A stretch of DNA of 63,210 bases, counting the filler, from Neoconidiobolus thromboides FSU 785 (lineage: Eukaryota; Fungi; Entomophthoromycota): the NCBI GenBank assembly GCA_025603075.1. It is 4 parts of 4 records of this genome, joined end to end, with 100 filler letters (N's around TTAATTAATTAA, not from the genome) between each part and the next. Parts side by side here need not be neighbours in the genome. Positions count along the whole stretch, not along the records: positions 31,665 to 59,218 come from MU626501.1; 3 more parts are not named here. One strand, 5' to 3'. The translations under genes were made by a program, and so were the position numbers. Positions 42,626 to 54,007 of this stretch are shown here, one piece after another. The notes below the pieces were generated by a model. That model was not told the DNA's origin and searched no databases. It saw only the letters and a program-made list of their open reading frames with translations. Every line of letters starts with the position of its first letter. Position 1 is the first letter of the stretch.

Positions 42626-44290
42626 CTACTTCTCCTGTCCCATTACCTTCGTCTCATCCAATTCGTCCATTAAACCAATTTCTTCATATCTTTCCATTAT
42701 AATTTCACTATACCTTTTTAACCTAAAAATATTCACTTCATCTAATGACCATCTTCTATTAACTAATGTGTCTTCCCTTTCCTCTTCCCTTTGCCAACTC
42801 TCTCTTTTAAATCCTGAGGTATTAAAATTAAGTAATGTATGATTTAAATAAGTAGAGTAAGCATATTGAGAGTCTAAATCCCATAAGTTGGACTGGGAAT
42901 GATTGAATTGTAGATTAGGAAATGAAGAATTGGAATCAGGTGGTAATTGAAGGAAACTTATTTGATCTAACTTGGGGGAAGTAATTCGATTTTTTTTATA
43001 ATAATTGAAGATGAGAAGAAGCAAACCGGAGAGTAATATACCACCTATAATTCCCATTACTATAGCTAAGACCAGTTTATCTGTGGGAGATAACAATTCT
43101 TTTGTATTATCATTATTGTTATTTGATTGAGTAACGCCAGTTCTCATATGAGAAGATTTTGTTGGTAATGTACTATTAATAGTGATACTATGTTGCCAAT
43201 TATCTGTATTAATAACATAAAAATCTTTTATATAACGCTGATTACTATCTTTTTGACCGAAGAATAAAAAATAATTATTTTGTATTAATAAAGCGGAATG
43301 AAAAGCTAATTTTAAATTAGATAAAGTATTATCATAATTAAGGAGTGGACGGGATTCCATTTGCCAGGAGGTTAAATTGAGTAAATATAAATCTGAGGTT
43401 AATTGTAAAGTATTGTTACAATTGCTTAATCCACCATAAATAATGAGTTGTTTTTTATTTTTAAAATAAGTAGTTGTATGGCCAATTCTAGCTTCCGTAG
43501 GGGCGTTATTAATAATAATTTTTTTCCAAGTCAATAATTGAATATCAAATAAATAAATTAAATTAAAGGGCTTATTTAACTCATTTGTTATATTATTATA
43601 CAATATTCTTCCATCTTCATTTAATAAATTAATAGAGCCTCCTAGTATAACCATATATCGATCTTCTATTAGTGTAGCTGTATGATAAGCAGATGGGGGT
43701 ATTTTTGCTTCATCTGTTGTATAAGTTAAATCTATCCATTGATTGCTAGTAAAATTAAAGTGATAAAATTGTCTTGTTAATAATAATTGAGAATAATTGG
43801 GATGTTTAATATAACCACCAAATAAATATAGTTGATTGTCTTTGGTTATTATTATACTGCTACCACTTCGTTGTATTGGGCTATTATTATTGATTTCTGG
43901 ACTGGCAAGTAAGGTTGAATTGTCTGGATTTAATATATAAAAGCTGGAAATTGTTGTGTTGACTGGAAGCAAATGTTGTAACTTGGGTTGTTGGTATATG
44001 TAGATAGTATACTGATCTTGTTGACAAACGGTGAACAATTTAGTGTATGTTGATGATGATAAGGGTAAATTGTTAATTTTAGTTAACGTTTTGTTTGCTA
44101 ATAAATGAGGTTGAGTTAAATTATAATTATAGACAGATTGACCATTGTTAGTGTTAATGTTGTTGGTAGATGAATTGGCTGCTATTATTATTATATTTTG
44201 ATTGTATAGTATTGAAGAGGATTCTATTATCGATTGGCAAATTATTACAAAGGATAACAATAGTATCAATACTAAATAAATAAATGTCAT
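42626..44290 (-). CDS. Single-pass membrane protein with extracellular Kelch/beta-propeller repeats
   Basis: Signal peptide; Kelch-like LYLFGG, YHTAT..MVILGG, RIGHTT..IIYGG and FHSA..FFG repeats; TM VLAIVMGIIGGILLSGLLLLIF; intronless. Confidence 0.8.
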   Translation of the reverse strand: MTFIYLVLILLLSFVIICQSIIESSSILYNQNIIIIAANSSTNNINTNNGQSVYNYNLTQPHLLANKTLTKINNLPLSSSTYTKLFTVCQQDQYTIYIYQQPKLQHLLPVNTTISSFYILNPDNSTLLASPEINNNSPIQRSGSSIIITKDNQLYLFGGYIKHPNYSQLLLTRQFYHFNFTSNQWIDLTYTTDEAKIPPSAYHTATLIEDRYMVILGGSINLLNEDGRILYNNITNELNKPFNLIYLFDIQLLTWKKIIINNAPTEARIGHTTTYFKNKKQLIIYGGLSNCNNTLQLTSDLYLLNLTSWQMESRPLLNYDNTLSNLKLAFHSALLIQNNYFLFFGQKDSNQRYIKDFYVINTDNWQHSITINSTLPTKSSHMRTGVTQSNNNNDNTKELLSPTDKLVLAIVMGIIGGILLSGLLLLIFNYYKKNRITSPKLDQISFLQLPPDSNSSFPNLQFNHSQSNLWDLDSQYAYSTYLNHTLLNFNTSGFKRESWQREEEREDTLVNRRWSLDEVNIFRLKRYSEIIMERYEEIGLMDELDETKVMGQEK

Positions 44291-44781
44291 GATAAATTAT
44301 AATACGTAAATAAATAAATAAATAAAAGAGAATATTTCGTAATAATTGTTGATTTATTATTTTTAAACTATAAGCCTCGATTTTTATGCTTAAATAAAAA
44401 CTTGGATTTTGGTATTAAAATATTAGACTTTTTATTGCATGAAATAAAAACATGAATGTATTTTTAAAATTTTTGGCAGAGGTTAAAAATATTTTGACAA
44501 AAGGGTTATGTACTAATTGGCTAAAGTATTAAATTAGTTGGCAGATATGATTTTAGTACAAGCAGGATAAAAATTACTATAGTATCTAACAATTTCATTA
44601 ATTATCATATCTATTTAATTTAATGTAAGGACCTTGATATTAATTAATAAGTATAATTTAAAAATTAATTTAAAATTAAAAATCTTATAAAAAATATAGC
44701 TTTTATATATATATCAAAAATAGCTTTTAAATTTAGCTTGACTGCATTAAATTTGATAACGACTAGTAAAAGTTAGCATTT

Positions 44782-44877
44782 GGGGATGTATTTTTTGCTT
44801 AAGGATTTTATTAATAATTTTTCTACTCAAATAGTGCTTAGAAAATGAAAAAGTAATGAAACTAAAAAAACATCCTC
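44782..44877 (+). mobile_element. MITE copy h (TSD ATTT)
   Basis: ATTT|GGGGATG...CATCCTC|ATTT. Confidence 0.92.
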
Positions 44878-44975
44878 ATTTTCTGAAATGATCACAAGTC
44901 AAGAAAAAAGTTAAAAATCGAATATGTTAAGTTCAAATATGCATTAACTTAATGTTTATTCAAAAATAATGATAT

Positions 44976-45052
44976 GGGGATGTATTTTTGTGTTTAAGAA
45001 TTTTACCAGCAAATTTTCCACTCAAATAGCGCTTAAAAAACGGAGAAGTAAT
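44976..45052 (+). mobile_element. MITE copy i (3'-truncated)
   Basis: ATAT|GGGGATGTATTTTTGTG... breaks off after CGGAGAAGTAAT. Confidence 0.88.
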
Positions 45053-45099
45053 AAAATAATCATATTAGTATTTTCACTGCCAGTTTAACTTTATTGTTT

Positions 45100-45197
45100 G
45101 GGGGTGTTTTTTTTGATTTCATCACTTCTCCGTTTTTTGAGCGCTATTTGAGTGGAAAATTTGTTAGTGAAATTGTTAAATAAAAAAATACGTCCCC
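45100..45197 (-). mobile_element. MITE copy j (TSD not matched: GTTT/ATTC)
   Basis: GGGGGTG...CGTCCCC, inverted relative to copy i. Confidence 0.9.
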
Positions 45198-45243
45198 ATT
45201 CTGTAAAATTATGAAAATAGTTTATTTTATCATCAGGTATTCT

Positions 45244-45290
<47 letters not shown>

Positions 45291-45360
45291 TTATTAAAAA
45301 GCAATTGCAAAAATATAAATAACAATAAGATATTGCTTATTGTTCCAATTCATCATCTTC

Positions 45361-46920
45361 TCATTTTAAGTCTTTTTTGTCGTAGCTACTTTTAGGGGGA
45401 GAAATTATGGACAATAAAGTTTGATTTGAATATAATGAAGCGTTATCTTGATACTTTAAATTAGGTAAAGCAAAGCTAATAGTTGAGTGGGATCCATCTT
45501 TAATTGGAGAAGGTTCAAAATGAGAGGCATTTCTTAATTTAACATTATCACCCTTTGGAGAAATTGATTCAGTCAATTCAAACTTAGTTAAAATACCATG
45601 TCTTTCAGGAGACTTTAATTTTCTTAATGTATTTTTATGTAATTCTTTAAATTGTAATTTCTTCTTTTTTTGATGATGAAGATAAGCAATAAGTTGAAAT
45701 ACTCCACTTAAATTAGTTGATAAAATAGCTAACGTAAATACCCAGCTTTCTCTATAATCAAATAACATTAAAAGTAAATGAACTGTTGGCGGAGTATATT
45801 GAAAAAAATGAATTAATAAATGAGTTTCTAATTTAATTTCAGCATAATCTAAAGTCATTATTGATTTGCGATAAATTTGATGATAAAATTTCTTATTTAA
45901 ACTTGGATCTTTTAACATTTCGCTTTCCAATGTACTTAGTGTTTCTGTTGAGTGGTTCTTATTATTATGATGATCATGTTTATAAGTACGTACTAACATA
46001 TAACCTCCCAATATTAAAATAGCTATTACTAAATACAAAAATAATAATGCTATTGTACTTATCTTCCCTGCTAATGTTTCATCGTCAATTAAACACCAAA
46101 ATTCTTCTGGTCCAAATGCATGGAATTGAGCTAATATAGTGGTAGCAATAAGTGGTAAACCAATAATAATAAATAAAAGGAACCAATCGTATTTCCCTGT
46201 TTTTAATTCATACCCTTTAGTTGCTTTTAAAGCAGTTGAAATAGCAATAAACCCGATTAATAACATATCTGTTGCTTCTAAAGTATTGATGATAAATCCA
46301 ATAAATTGACATGAATTTCCAGAAACTAAAGTATCGAATAAAGTAGAATAAACAATTGAAAACGTAAAGAATCCACCCACCAATATATCATTAAGTACTG
46401 AATAAGTTAATATTCTTAAGCTAGAGTGAAAGCCTACTCGTTTTCTTAATTTATTAACTAAATATAATAAATAGCCACAAGCCACAAAATTCAATGATGT
46501 AGTAATTAAGCCAACCACAAACATAGTTGATGCGCCAATTGGATCTTTGGAGCGTATATTCTCAGCTTCTTCACTATCTTCGGTTTCTTTATTTCCATCT
46601 TTATTATGACTATGTTCTTTACCACCCTCCACTTTAGTTGTATTAGTTGAAGTCTTACTTGATATTATAGATTTTGAAGTAATTACAAGTACATCCTCTT
46701 CTTGTTTTAAAACCCGATTGTTTTGAGTTGGGGTTGGTGATGGGTAACTTATATATATTGTTTTTGTTGGTTCAATTGTTGGCTTTATATTCATTAATAG
46801 ATCTTCAATAGCTTGAATATCGGGTGATATAATGTCCCCAGCATCATCTAATAAAGTTATTGAGGTTATATGGGTTAACAAATACAAAAACAATATAGAT
46901 TGTAGTGAGTTTAGGTGCAT
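45361..46920 (-). CDS. Putative 7-TM GPCR-like receptor (cAMP-receptor/Git3-like)
   Basis: Signal peptide, S/T-rich ectodomain, about seven hydrophobic segments, Cys at the start of TM3 (SCQFIG) and ECL2 FGPEEFWC; intronless. Confidence 0.72.
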   Translation of the reverse strand: MHLNSLQSILFLYLLTHITSITLLDDAGDIISPDIQAIEDLLMNIKPTIEPTKTIYISYPSPTPTQNNRVLKQEEDVLVITSKSIISSKTSTNTTKVEGGKEHSHNKDGNKETEDSEEAENIRSKDPIGASTMFVVGLITTSLNFVACGYLLYLVNKLRKRVGFHSSLRILTYSVLNDILVGGFFTFSIVYSTLFDTLVSGNSCQFIGFIINTLEATDMLLIGFIAISTALKATKGYELKTGKYDWFLLFIIIGLPLIATTILAQFHAFGPEEFWCLIDDETLAGKISTIALLFLYLVIAILILGGYMLVRTYKHDHHNNKNHSTETLSTLESEMLKDPSLNKKFYHQIYRKSIMTLDYAEIKLETHLLIHFFQYTPPTVHLLLMLFDYRESWVFTLAILSTNLSGVFQLIAYLHHQKKKKLQFKELHKNTLRKLKSPERHGILTKFELTESISPKGDNVKLRNASHFEPSPIKDGSHSTISFALPNLKYQDNASLYSNQTLLSIISPPKSSYDKKDLK

Positions 46921-48737
46921 GATGTTAATATTGAATTATAAGAATAACAAGAAATAAGAAATAAAAGACTAAATGTAAGGGAAAATATAAGAAATGGATA
47001 AAATTTAGTAAGGGAACCAGCTTATTAAAGTTATTCCAGGTTTGATGTTTTTTTCCTAAAGTTTTTGAAACGAAATTTAAGAGTCAGTTCACACTTATTT
47101 ATAATTTTTTATAACGGTTAAAAACGGTGTCTTTATTAAATTTAAAAAGTTAACTACTCATTTCTAAAATTAGTAAAATCATCATTACGATCTGTTACTC
47201 CAAAGAATGATTGAAATTGAAAGTTAAACTAGTTATTGAGTTGATGTTAATATTAATTATTTTTTTACTATAATTATATAATTTATTCAAATTATCTAAT
47301 ATGTATTTTCTTTTCTTTCAACTTGTTTGAACTCTAATCAAAGCGACACTAAAGAAATTCAATATTTTATGCTTTTTATTCGTGCAAATAGGGGTGAGCT
47401 CATCGAGATCCACTAATTAATTTTTTTATTTATTGCCAAGAATTTATCAATTGGAGTAAGTTAATAAAATGAGAACTTTAAGTTTGTGTTTTAATAGAGA
47501 GTTATTTCATTTAAGTTGATTAAGATAATTATAAACATATTAATTAAAACTTTTAAAAAGCTCTTATTATAAAACGAAGTCACTCAAATGTAATAAAAGT
47601 GTATAAAAGGTAATAAAAAATTATATATTTGATTTGTTATTGTTTATTTTATTTATAACTATACAATCATTAATTAATTAATTAATTTCAATGCATTAAC
47701 TACTTCTAATGCTATATTTCAAATTAAACACAATATCAATTTAGAGGCTCTTGAAGTTATTATCTTTGATAAAATAAAAAAGAATTAACTGCTGATTATT
47801 AAAATTATAAATAAAATTGGTGGCTTATAAAAAAATTCAACTTTATTTTTAATATACTTTGTTATTTATTATTTACCTAAAAATAACTTATTTTTACATA
47901 AAGTTAGTAGTTGGATGAGTTGAAATTAAACTTCAACTTTTCTCCGATGTTCAATATTCAGTTTAAATTCAATAAAAAATTAGTTCTAGTATAACAACTG
48001 TGTTTGATATAAAAATCATTTTGTCTTTAAATATCAATTCCAATTTAGACACTCATTTTATTTTCAAATAAAAACTTTTAATTAAAGATAGAATGAGTTT
48101 TATATTAAAGGTAGTTATATAAAGTTTTTATAAATTTATTACTATTGAGGTGGTAGTAGTAATATTCATTTGGAAAGAGAGATTTGAAATAGTAACCTTG
48201 TAATAGCTTGAAATTAGATCAATGGTAACAAAAACTTATCAATATTTGTCTAAGTCGAAAATTTTGTTGAGATTGAGTTCGTTGATGTGTTTAATTTTGT
48301 TTGATTATTTGTAAAACTTGCTTTAATTTTGTTGATAGTTGTTTAAAGGTTCCTGTTTCAAATTTCTTTCTCCAAATATAATTGGCATCAAATCGAGGTT
48401 TAGCTTTATAAAGATTTTCTGTTAACTTAACAAAATTTTATTTTGCTGTATTGCAAAAGTAATTTAAATGTAGTTTCTTTACAGAATTTGAAGACATTAT
48501 AAAATAGATATAATATAGTCATTAACTAAATCATAACTACAAAGCTACATTTAACTTATGACACCTCGAAATTCTATAAGAGAAATCACATTCAATCTAC
48601 ATTTTTTAATAAGATGATCAAATAAAATAAAATTAGAATTATTAAATTAAAGATCAATTTGATAAATAAAAACATTATATAAACCCTTAGAGTTAATATT
48701 CTCAGGTTAAGAGTATTTTCACTTTAGTTATAGATAT

Positions 48738-48832
48738 GGGGATGTATTTTTTTGCTTAATAATTTTACTAACAATTTTTCCGCTCAAGTAGTGCTTAAAA
48801 ATAGAAAAAAATGAAGCTAAAAAAACACCCCC
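48738..48832 (+). mobile_element. MITE copy k (TSD ATAT)
   Basis: ATAT|GGGGATG...CACCCCC|ATAT. Confidence 0.92.
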
Positions 48833-50535
48833 ATATGTTGTAAATTGACAGAATTTTTATCAACTTTGATAAAAATTCCTAAATTAGCAAAAAATTTACT
48901 AACATAACTTATGTATTAATATTAATTAAAGCTGTAATATATAAATAAGTGAACTATCTTAGTATTATAAATATATATGTTTTTTATTATTAGCAGTTAA
49001 ATTATAAATTTTATTATATTTGTAAATAAAAACCTTAAATTTTAAAACCAACTAATCAATATTTCTTATTTTATCTAATGGTTTAGAACTATTTTTTTGT
49101 TATGAAAGGTTTTTTAAATGGCTATCAACTATGTTTTTTCTATAATACTTAATAAAAAAATCAAAACTAGTTTTTTAACTATTATTTATCTTATAATTTT
49201 TTCAAATATATAATACAACAACTTTTGAAATTTAAAATAGTTTCTTGTATCTGCTTATGTATTAATTTTTAGAAACTTTTTAAATAAAAACTCTTTGGAT
49301 CTTAAATTAATTGAACAATTTTTGTATATATTGAATTATAGTTTAATATTTTAAATAGACAATCAAAATAAACAAAGTTTATTATTCCATTATTTTTTAA
49401 ATATAAAACACCAAACTTTAATACTAATATGAAATGTTGCTTTGTCGGCTCTATGATTGATTATAACATAACAATCACTTAAGTCATTATATTCTCGAGT
49501 TCAGACACAATCAATCTAGGGTCTCTTATTTTGATTTGCTGAGAGAATTCTTAACTTCAAATCGCAAACGATATTATCTTCTGGTTTTGATATCTATACT
49601 TGTTGGGGTATAAAAGAGATCCTTTACAATAATTCGAGGCTTTTTAATTAAATTATTCCCTGATATTGTACCTTTAATAAAGCTACTAAATCTTTCTGAT
49701 GGTACTTTATGTGGATTTTACAGCAGTATTATCTATTCTATTTGTCTTACATATTTAGTAGCCTATTATGTGTTATGCTTCATAATTCAAGTCTATCTTA
49801 GTTAGCTAGACTAAGTCCTTTCGACTTACAGCCACCCAATCAACCAAAAATTACTTTTAGCACCAATCACTGAGTACTGGATTTCACACTAATATGGGTT
49901 ATTTATTATAACAATATAAATTCATTAAATCTGGGTTTATTTTTATTTCCATATTTTATTTAAAGCCTAAAGGTATTATATAACTTTCATTATTTAATTT
50001 TTATTTATCTTCGTTTTATTTTTAAATAATTTTTTTAATTATATACTAGGTATATATATTATATAAATCTATCTTTTGTTATATTCTTAAAACTATTTAA
50101 TATATATTTAAGAAATGTTAACTTAGATACTGCTTTATTTTTTAAACTATTAAACTATTTGTTATATATCGTTTTTTTACTTTTATTTAATGTATATATT
50201 TTTACTAAATTTTGATAAAATAACTAAAATGTCTTTAAGTTAAAATTCAACTAATCACGTGTTAAAGATTTATTTTAAGCTTTTAAGCTTAAAATTTAAG
50301 TAAATCTAAAACCAACAATTCAGATATTCTTAAATACTTAGATTATTTGATAAGCCTCGTTTTATGTTCTTTATATTATCATCAAAAATTAAATTTTTTC
50401 GGTCTTTTGTTTCTCCTGGTTTAGATTTAGCTAAAAAGTTAACACAATTACTTATACATAAAATATCAACCTATAACATAACAATAATCAAATAGTATAA
50501 ATAGTCAGAAAACAAACAGTATAGTTTTATAAAAA

Positions 50536-51594
50536 ATGTCCAGCACAGCAAAATACAGTAAAATAAATGGCTATGCTTGTCATGGAAAAGATGAAAAATT
50601 AGTCAAATATATCTACAATCCAGCCCCACTTCAACCCAACGATATTGAAGTTAAGATAACCCATTGTGGTATCTGTGGCACTGATATTCATGTAATGGAT
50701 AGTGGATGGGCCCCAGCCAATTATCCAGTAATAGTGGGTCATGAAATTGTAGGTGAAATAGTATCTTTAGGACCAGAGGTGAAAGGATTCAAAATAGGAG
50801 ATCGTGTAGGAGTAGGAGCCCAATGTTCCTGTTGTATGAATAAGGATTGTTATGCTTGTAAACGTCAAAGAGAAGCACATTGTGAGAAAATGGGAGAAAC
50901 CTATAATTCAAAGAGATCAATAGATAATTCAAAAACTTATGGTGGTTACGCAGAAGCTATTAGGGTTCAACAAGATTTTGTATTTCATATACCAGAAAGT
51001 ATACCTTCAGATAAAGCTGCACCTCTATTATGTGCTGGTGCTACTGTATATACTCCTATGATTCAACAAGGATTTAAAGCAGGTGATAAAGTTGGTGTAC
51101 TTGGAATTGGAGGTTTAGGTCATTTGGCTATTCAATTTGCTAATGCTTTGGGATGTGAAGTGTATGCTTTGTCCCACTCCCATTCCAAAGAAGAAGACGC
51201 TAAAAAGATGGGAGCTAAACATTTCATTGCTTATAGCAATGAAGAAGAATTAATTAAAGTTAAAAATACATTGAACTATCTTATTGTAACCAGTAATGGG
51301 GATAATGCACAATGGGATCGCTTTGCTAATTGGATGGATATTGATGGTAAAATCATATTGTTAGCAGTACCAGAATCCAATATTACATTGAGTCCATTTA
51401 CTTTGGTAAAGAAAAACATTGGCTTTAGTGGTTCGCTTATTGGATCTCCAAATGAAATTCGTCAAATGTTGGATTTTGCAGCAAAGCATAAAGTTTATCC
51501 TTGGATTGAAAATTATCCTATGGATAAATGCAATGAAGGTATACAGCTTGTACGTGATGGTAAAGTTAGATACAGAGTGGTGCTCAATAACTAA
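50536..51594 (+). CDS. Zn-dependent NADP alcohol dehydrogenase (CAD/Adh6-like), paralog 1
   Basis: CGICGTD, GHEIVG, four structural Cys, APLLCAGATVY, GIGGLGH and VRYRVVL; intronless. Confidence 0.96.
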   Translation: MSSTAKYSKINGYACHGKDEKLVKYIYNPAPLQPNDIEVKITHCGICGTDIHVMDSGWAPANYPVIVGHEIVGEIVSLGPEVKGFKIGDRVGVGAQCSCCMNKDCYACKRQREAHCEKMGETYNSKRSIDNSKTYGGYAEAIRVQQDFVFHIPESIPSDKAAPLLCAGATVYTPMIQQGFKAGDKVGVLGIGGLGHLAIQFANALGCEVYALSHSHSKEEDAKKMGAKHFIAYSNEEELIKVKNTLNYLIVTSNGDNAQWDRFANWMDIDGKIILLAVPESNITLSPFTLVKKNIGFSGSLIGSPNEIRQMLDFAAKHKVYPWIENYPMDKCNEGIQLVRDGKVRYRVVLNN

Positions 51595-52185
51595 ATGATA
51601 AATAAGCTATTATAGTTATTACTACCCTTTTATTCAAGTCATATTTGAATTTTCCAAGTAAATTAGAATTATACTAGTACAAAAAGTATAACTTAAATAA
51701 TGTTTCATTTATATATTCTATAAAGAACACTTAAAGTAACTTAGTATACTTAAATTCCAATCCCACACCAAATAGATAGTTGAGCTTTCTCTCATATTAT
51801 TATGAAATAAAAGATTGTTATCAGAAGCTTTATAGTTTGTTAAGGTAATTTTAGGGTTATAATCATTTTTTAGGTTTATAATCATTTCTAAATATTTCAT
51901 ACTATTGGCTATATAGCGTAGCGTACTATATCTATATAAGTTTTATTCACTCCGTCTCTATGGTATTAGCGTAGGTATATTAATCGTACTTTATTCGATT
52001 GCTATTTGTAGATATTTGATTGTTTAGTCAATTTATTTAAACTTTAAATATAGCTCATTTTTGATAAATGCCAAATACAGCATTTCAGAGCATATCAGGA
52101 TAGTAGGGCTAAAAACCATGATAGTCAAGTGATTATTTTTACTTGATTTCAATACTTTTATATAGGGTTTTCAAACTTAATATAC

Positions 52186-52282
52186 AGGGATCTTTTTTTG
52201 GCTTCATGATTTTTTCGATTTTCAAGCACTATTTAAGAAGAAAGATTGTTAGTAAAATTCTTAAACAAAAAAATACATCCTC
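52186..52282 (-). mobile_element. MITE copy l (TSD ATAC)
   Basis: ATAC|AGGGATC...CATCCTC|ATAC; the non-consensus TSD is repeated exactly on both sides. Confidence 0.9.
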
Positions 52283-52481
52283 ATACACTAAAACTAAAAA
52301 TCAAAATAATAGAAAATAATAAAAAATAATTTTTTAAACTAATTTATATAACTTTAATTAGTCTATTTGAGTTAATTTTATTTTGGTTAATATTTTATCA
52401 ATTTTTAATCATATAGTTTCAAATAAATAAAACTAATAAAGTAGTTTTCAAGTATTATTTTCAAACGGTTTTTAAACATTT

Positions 52482-52580
52482 GGGGATGTATTTCTGTGTT
52501 TAAGAATTTTGCTAATAATTTTTCCGCTCAAATGGCGCTTAAAAGATGGAAAAAATGATGAAGCCAAAAAAAACATCCCC
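52482..52580 (+). mobile_element. MITE copy m (TSD ATTT)
   Basis: ATTT|GGGGATG...CATCCCC|ATTT. Confidence 0.93.
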
Positions 52581-53101
52581 ATTTTATAAAAATCATTTTA
52601 TATTTAATTTTGAAAATCTCAAACTTTAATTAGCATCTTTTTCAAAACTTCTATGGATTAGTAATAAAATTTACGCTTTCTTATCAATACTACTTATATT
52701 TATGACTTAATATTATAAAGATTTTATAATATTAACTATAAAAGATTTTAGTGGCAATTAGAGATTTAACATTTACTATATTAAAAGCTTAAATTTATAT
52801 AGCCATTTTTAATATACTCTCTTTACTTTTACCATTAACTTATTCAAGTTAATTTTTTGCAAAAATATTTGTCAATGAATACAATATAAATTAAAAGAGT
52901 AATTTTCAATTAAAAAATAAAAATATCAAATCGGAAATAAACCTTTTAATAACTATTCAATGTCTTTTTAGCTTTTTTAAATTTTATTTATCTATGATAT
53001 TTAAACTAATAAATAGAGTCAAATAATATGTATTTTCTGCTTGAAAGCTCCTGGCGTTTTATCTTCAAATATATTAAAACTTATTTTATAATTCACTATT
53101 T

Positions 53102-53197
53102 GAGGGTGTTTTTTGATTTCATCACTTTTTCGATTTTTAAGTGTTATTTGAGCGGAAAGATCATTAGTAAAATTTTCAAACAAAAAAATGCATCACC
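53102..53197 (-). mobile_element. MITE copy n (TSD ATTT)
   Basis: ATTT|GAGGGTG...CATCACC|ATTT. Confidence 0.9.
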
Positions 53198-53908
53198 ATT
53201 TATCAAAGTTATATATAAATAAAATTAAACTTTGGTTTACTCAATAATACAAAAAGAAAAGAAAAGAGATATAGTAAATGGTTTTTAGATACTTTATAGG
53301 AATTATTTTATAATAAAGTATGTATTAAAGTATAATTAAGACATTATAATACTAAGTCTTCTATAAATATATATAAGGCCTCATTTATACTATCTACTTT
53401 AAGATAATATTTAAGTAAAGCTTGTAGTTAAAAATGTAACAGTAACATGAAATTGGACAAAATCAAAAATAACAATAATAGAAAAATTATTTTATATAGC
53501 AATCAATAAACTATTTTATCACTTTAGTATAATAATTTAATTCACATACTATAAATCTGCCAATTGGGATTGTGAACACAAAAGTTATACATAATCAAAA
53601 TAACATATTATTATAAGCTGAGTATGGATCCATAGAATTAAAATTAGCTTTAAAGATAAAATAATAATAATATGTATAATAAAACTAACGTAAAACAGAG
53701 ATTAATAGTCGAGGAATTTTAAATCCATACCAATATTTTAAAAAAAGAAAGACGGGAATTTATAGTACAAAAAAACTCAACATACCCTCAAATCTAATAC
53801 GATTTGGTCTATTTGGTTTACTTTCATTCATCTACTTTTTTATACTAAAGAAGCCCCTAAGTTAAGTGATTTGCCATCAAAATCAACCTACCAATGTTTT
53901 AAACATAT

Positions 53909-54007
53909 AGGGATGTATTTTTGGGTTTAAAAATTCTAGTGATAGTTTTTTCACACAAATAGGGCTTAAAAGATGGAAGAAGTGATGAAGCCAAAAAAAA
54001 CACCCCT
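53909..54007 (+). mobile_element. MITE copy o (TSD ATAT), inside the P450 pseudogene
   Basis: ATAT|AGGGATG...CACCCCT|ATAT. Confidence 0.92.

Noticed and set aside
49430-49800. Codon-like minus-strand stretch of about 50 aa (DNTAVNPHKVPSERF...)
   Set aside because: No recognisable motif or start/stop context; cannot be supported without a database search.
50252-50262. TCACGTG E-box upstream of ADH paralog 1
   Set aside because: A single hexamer/heptamer, not shared with the paralog 2 promoter; insufficient evidence.
51718-52130. 60-aa minus-strand ORF and neighbouring slightly GC-richer sequence
   Set aside because: No homology recognised and frames are repeatedly broken.
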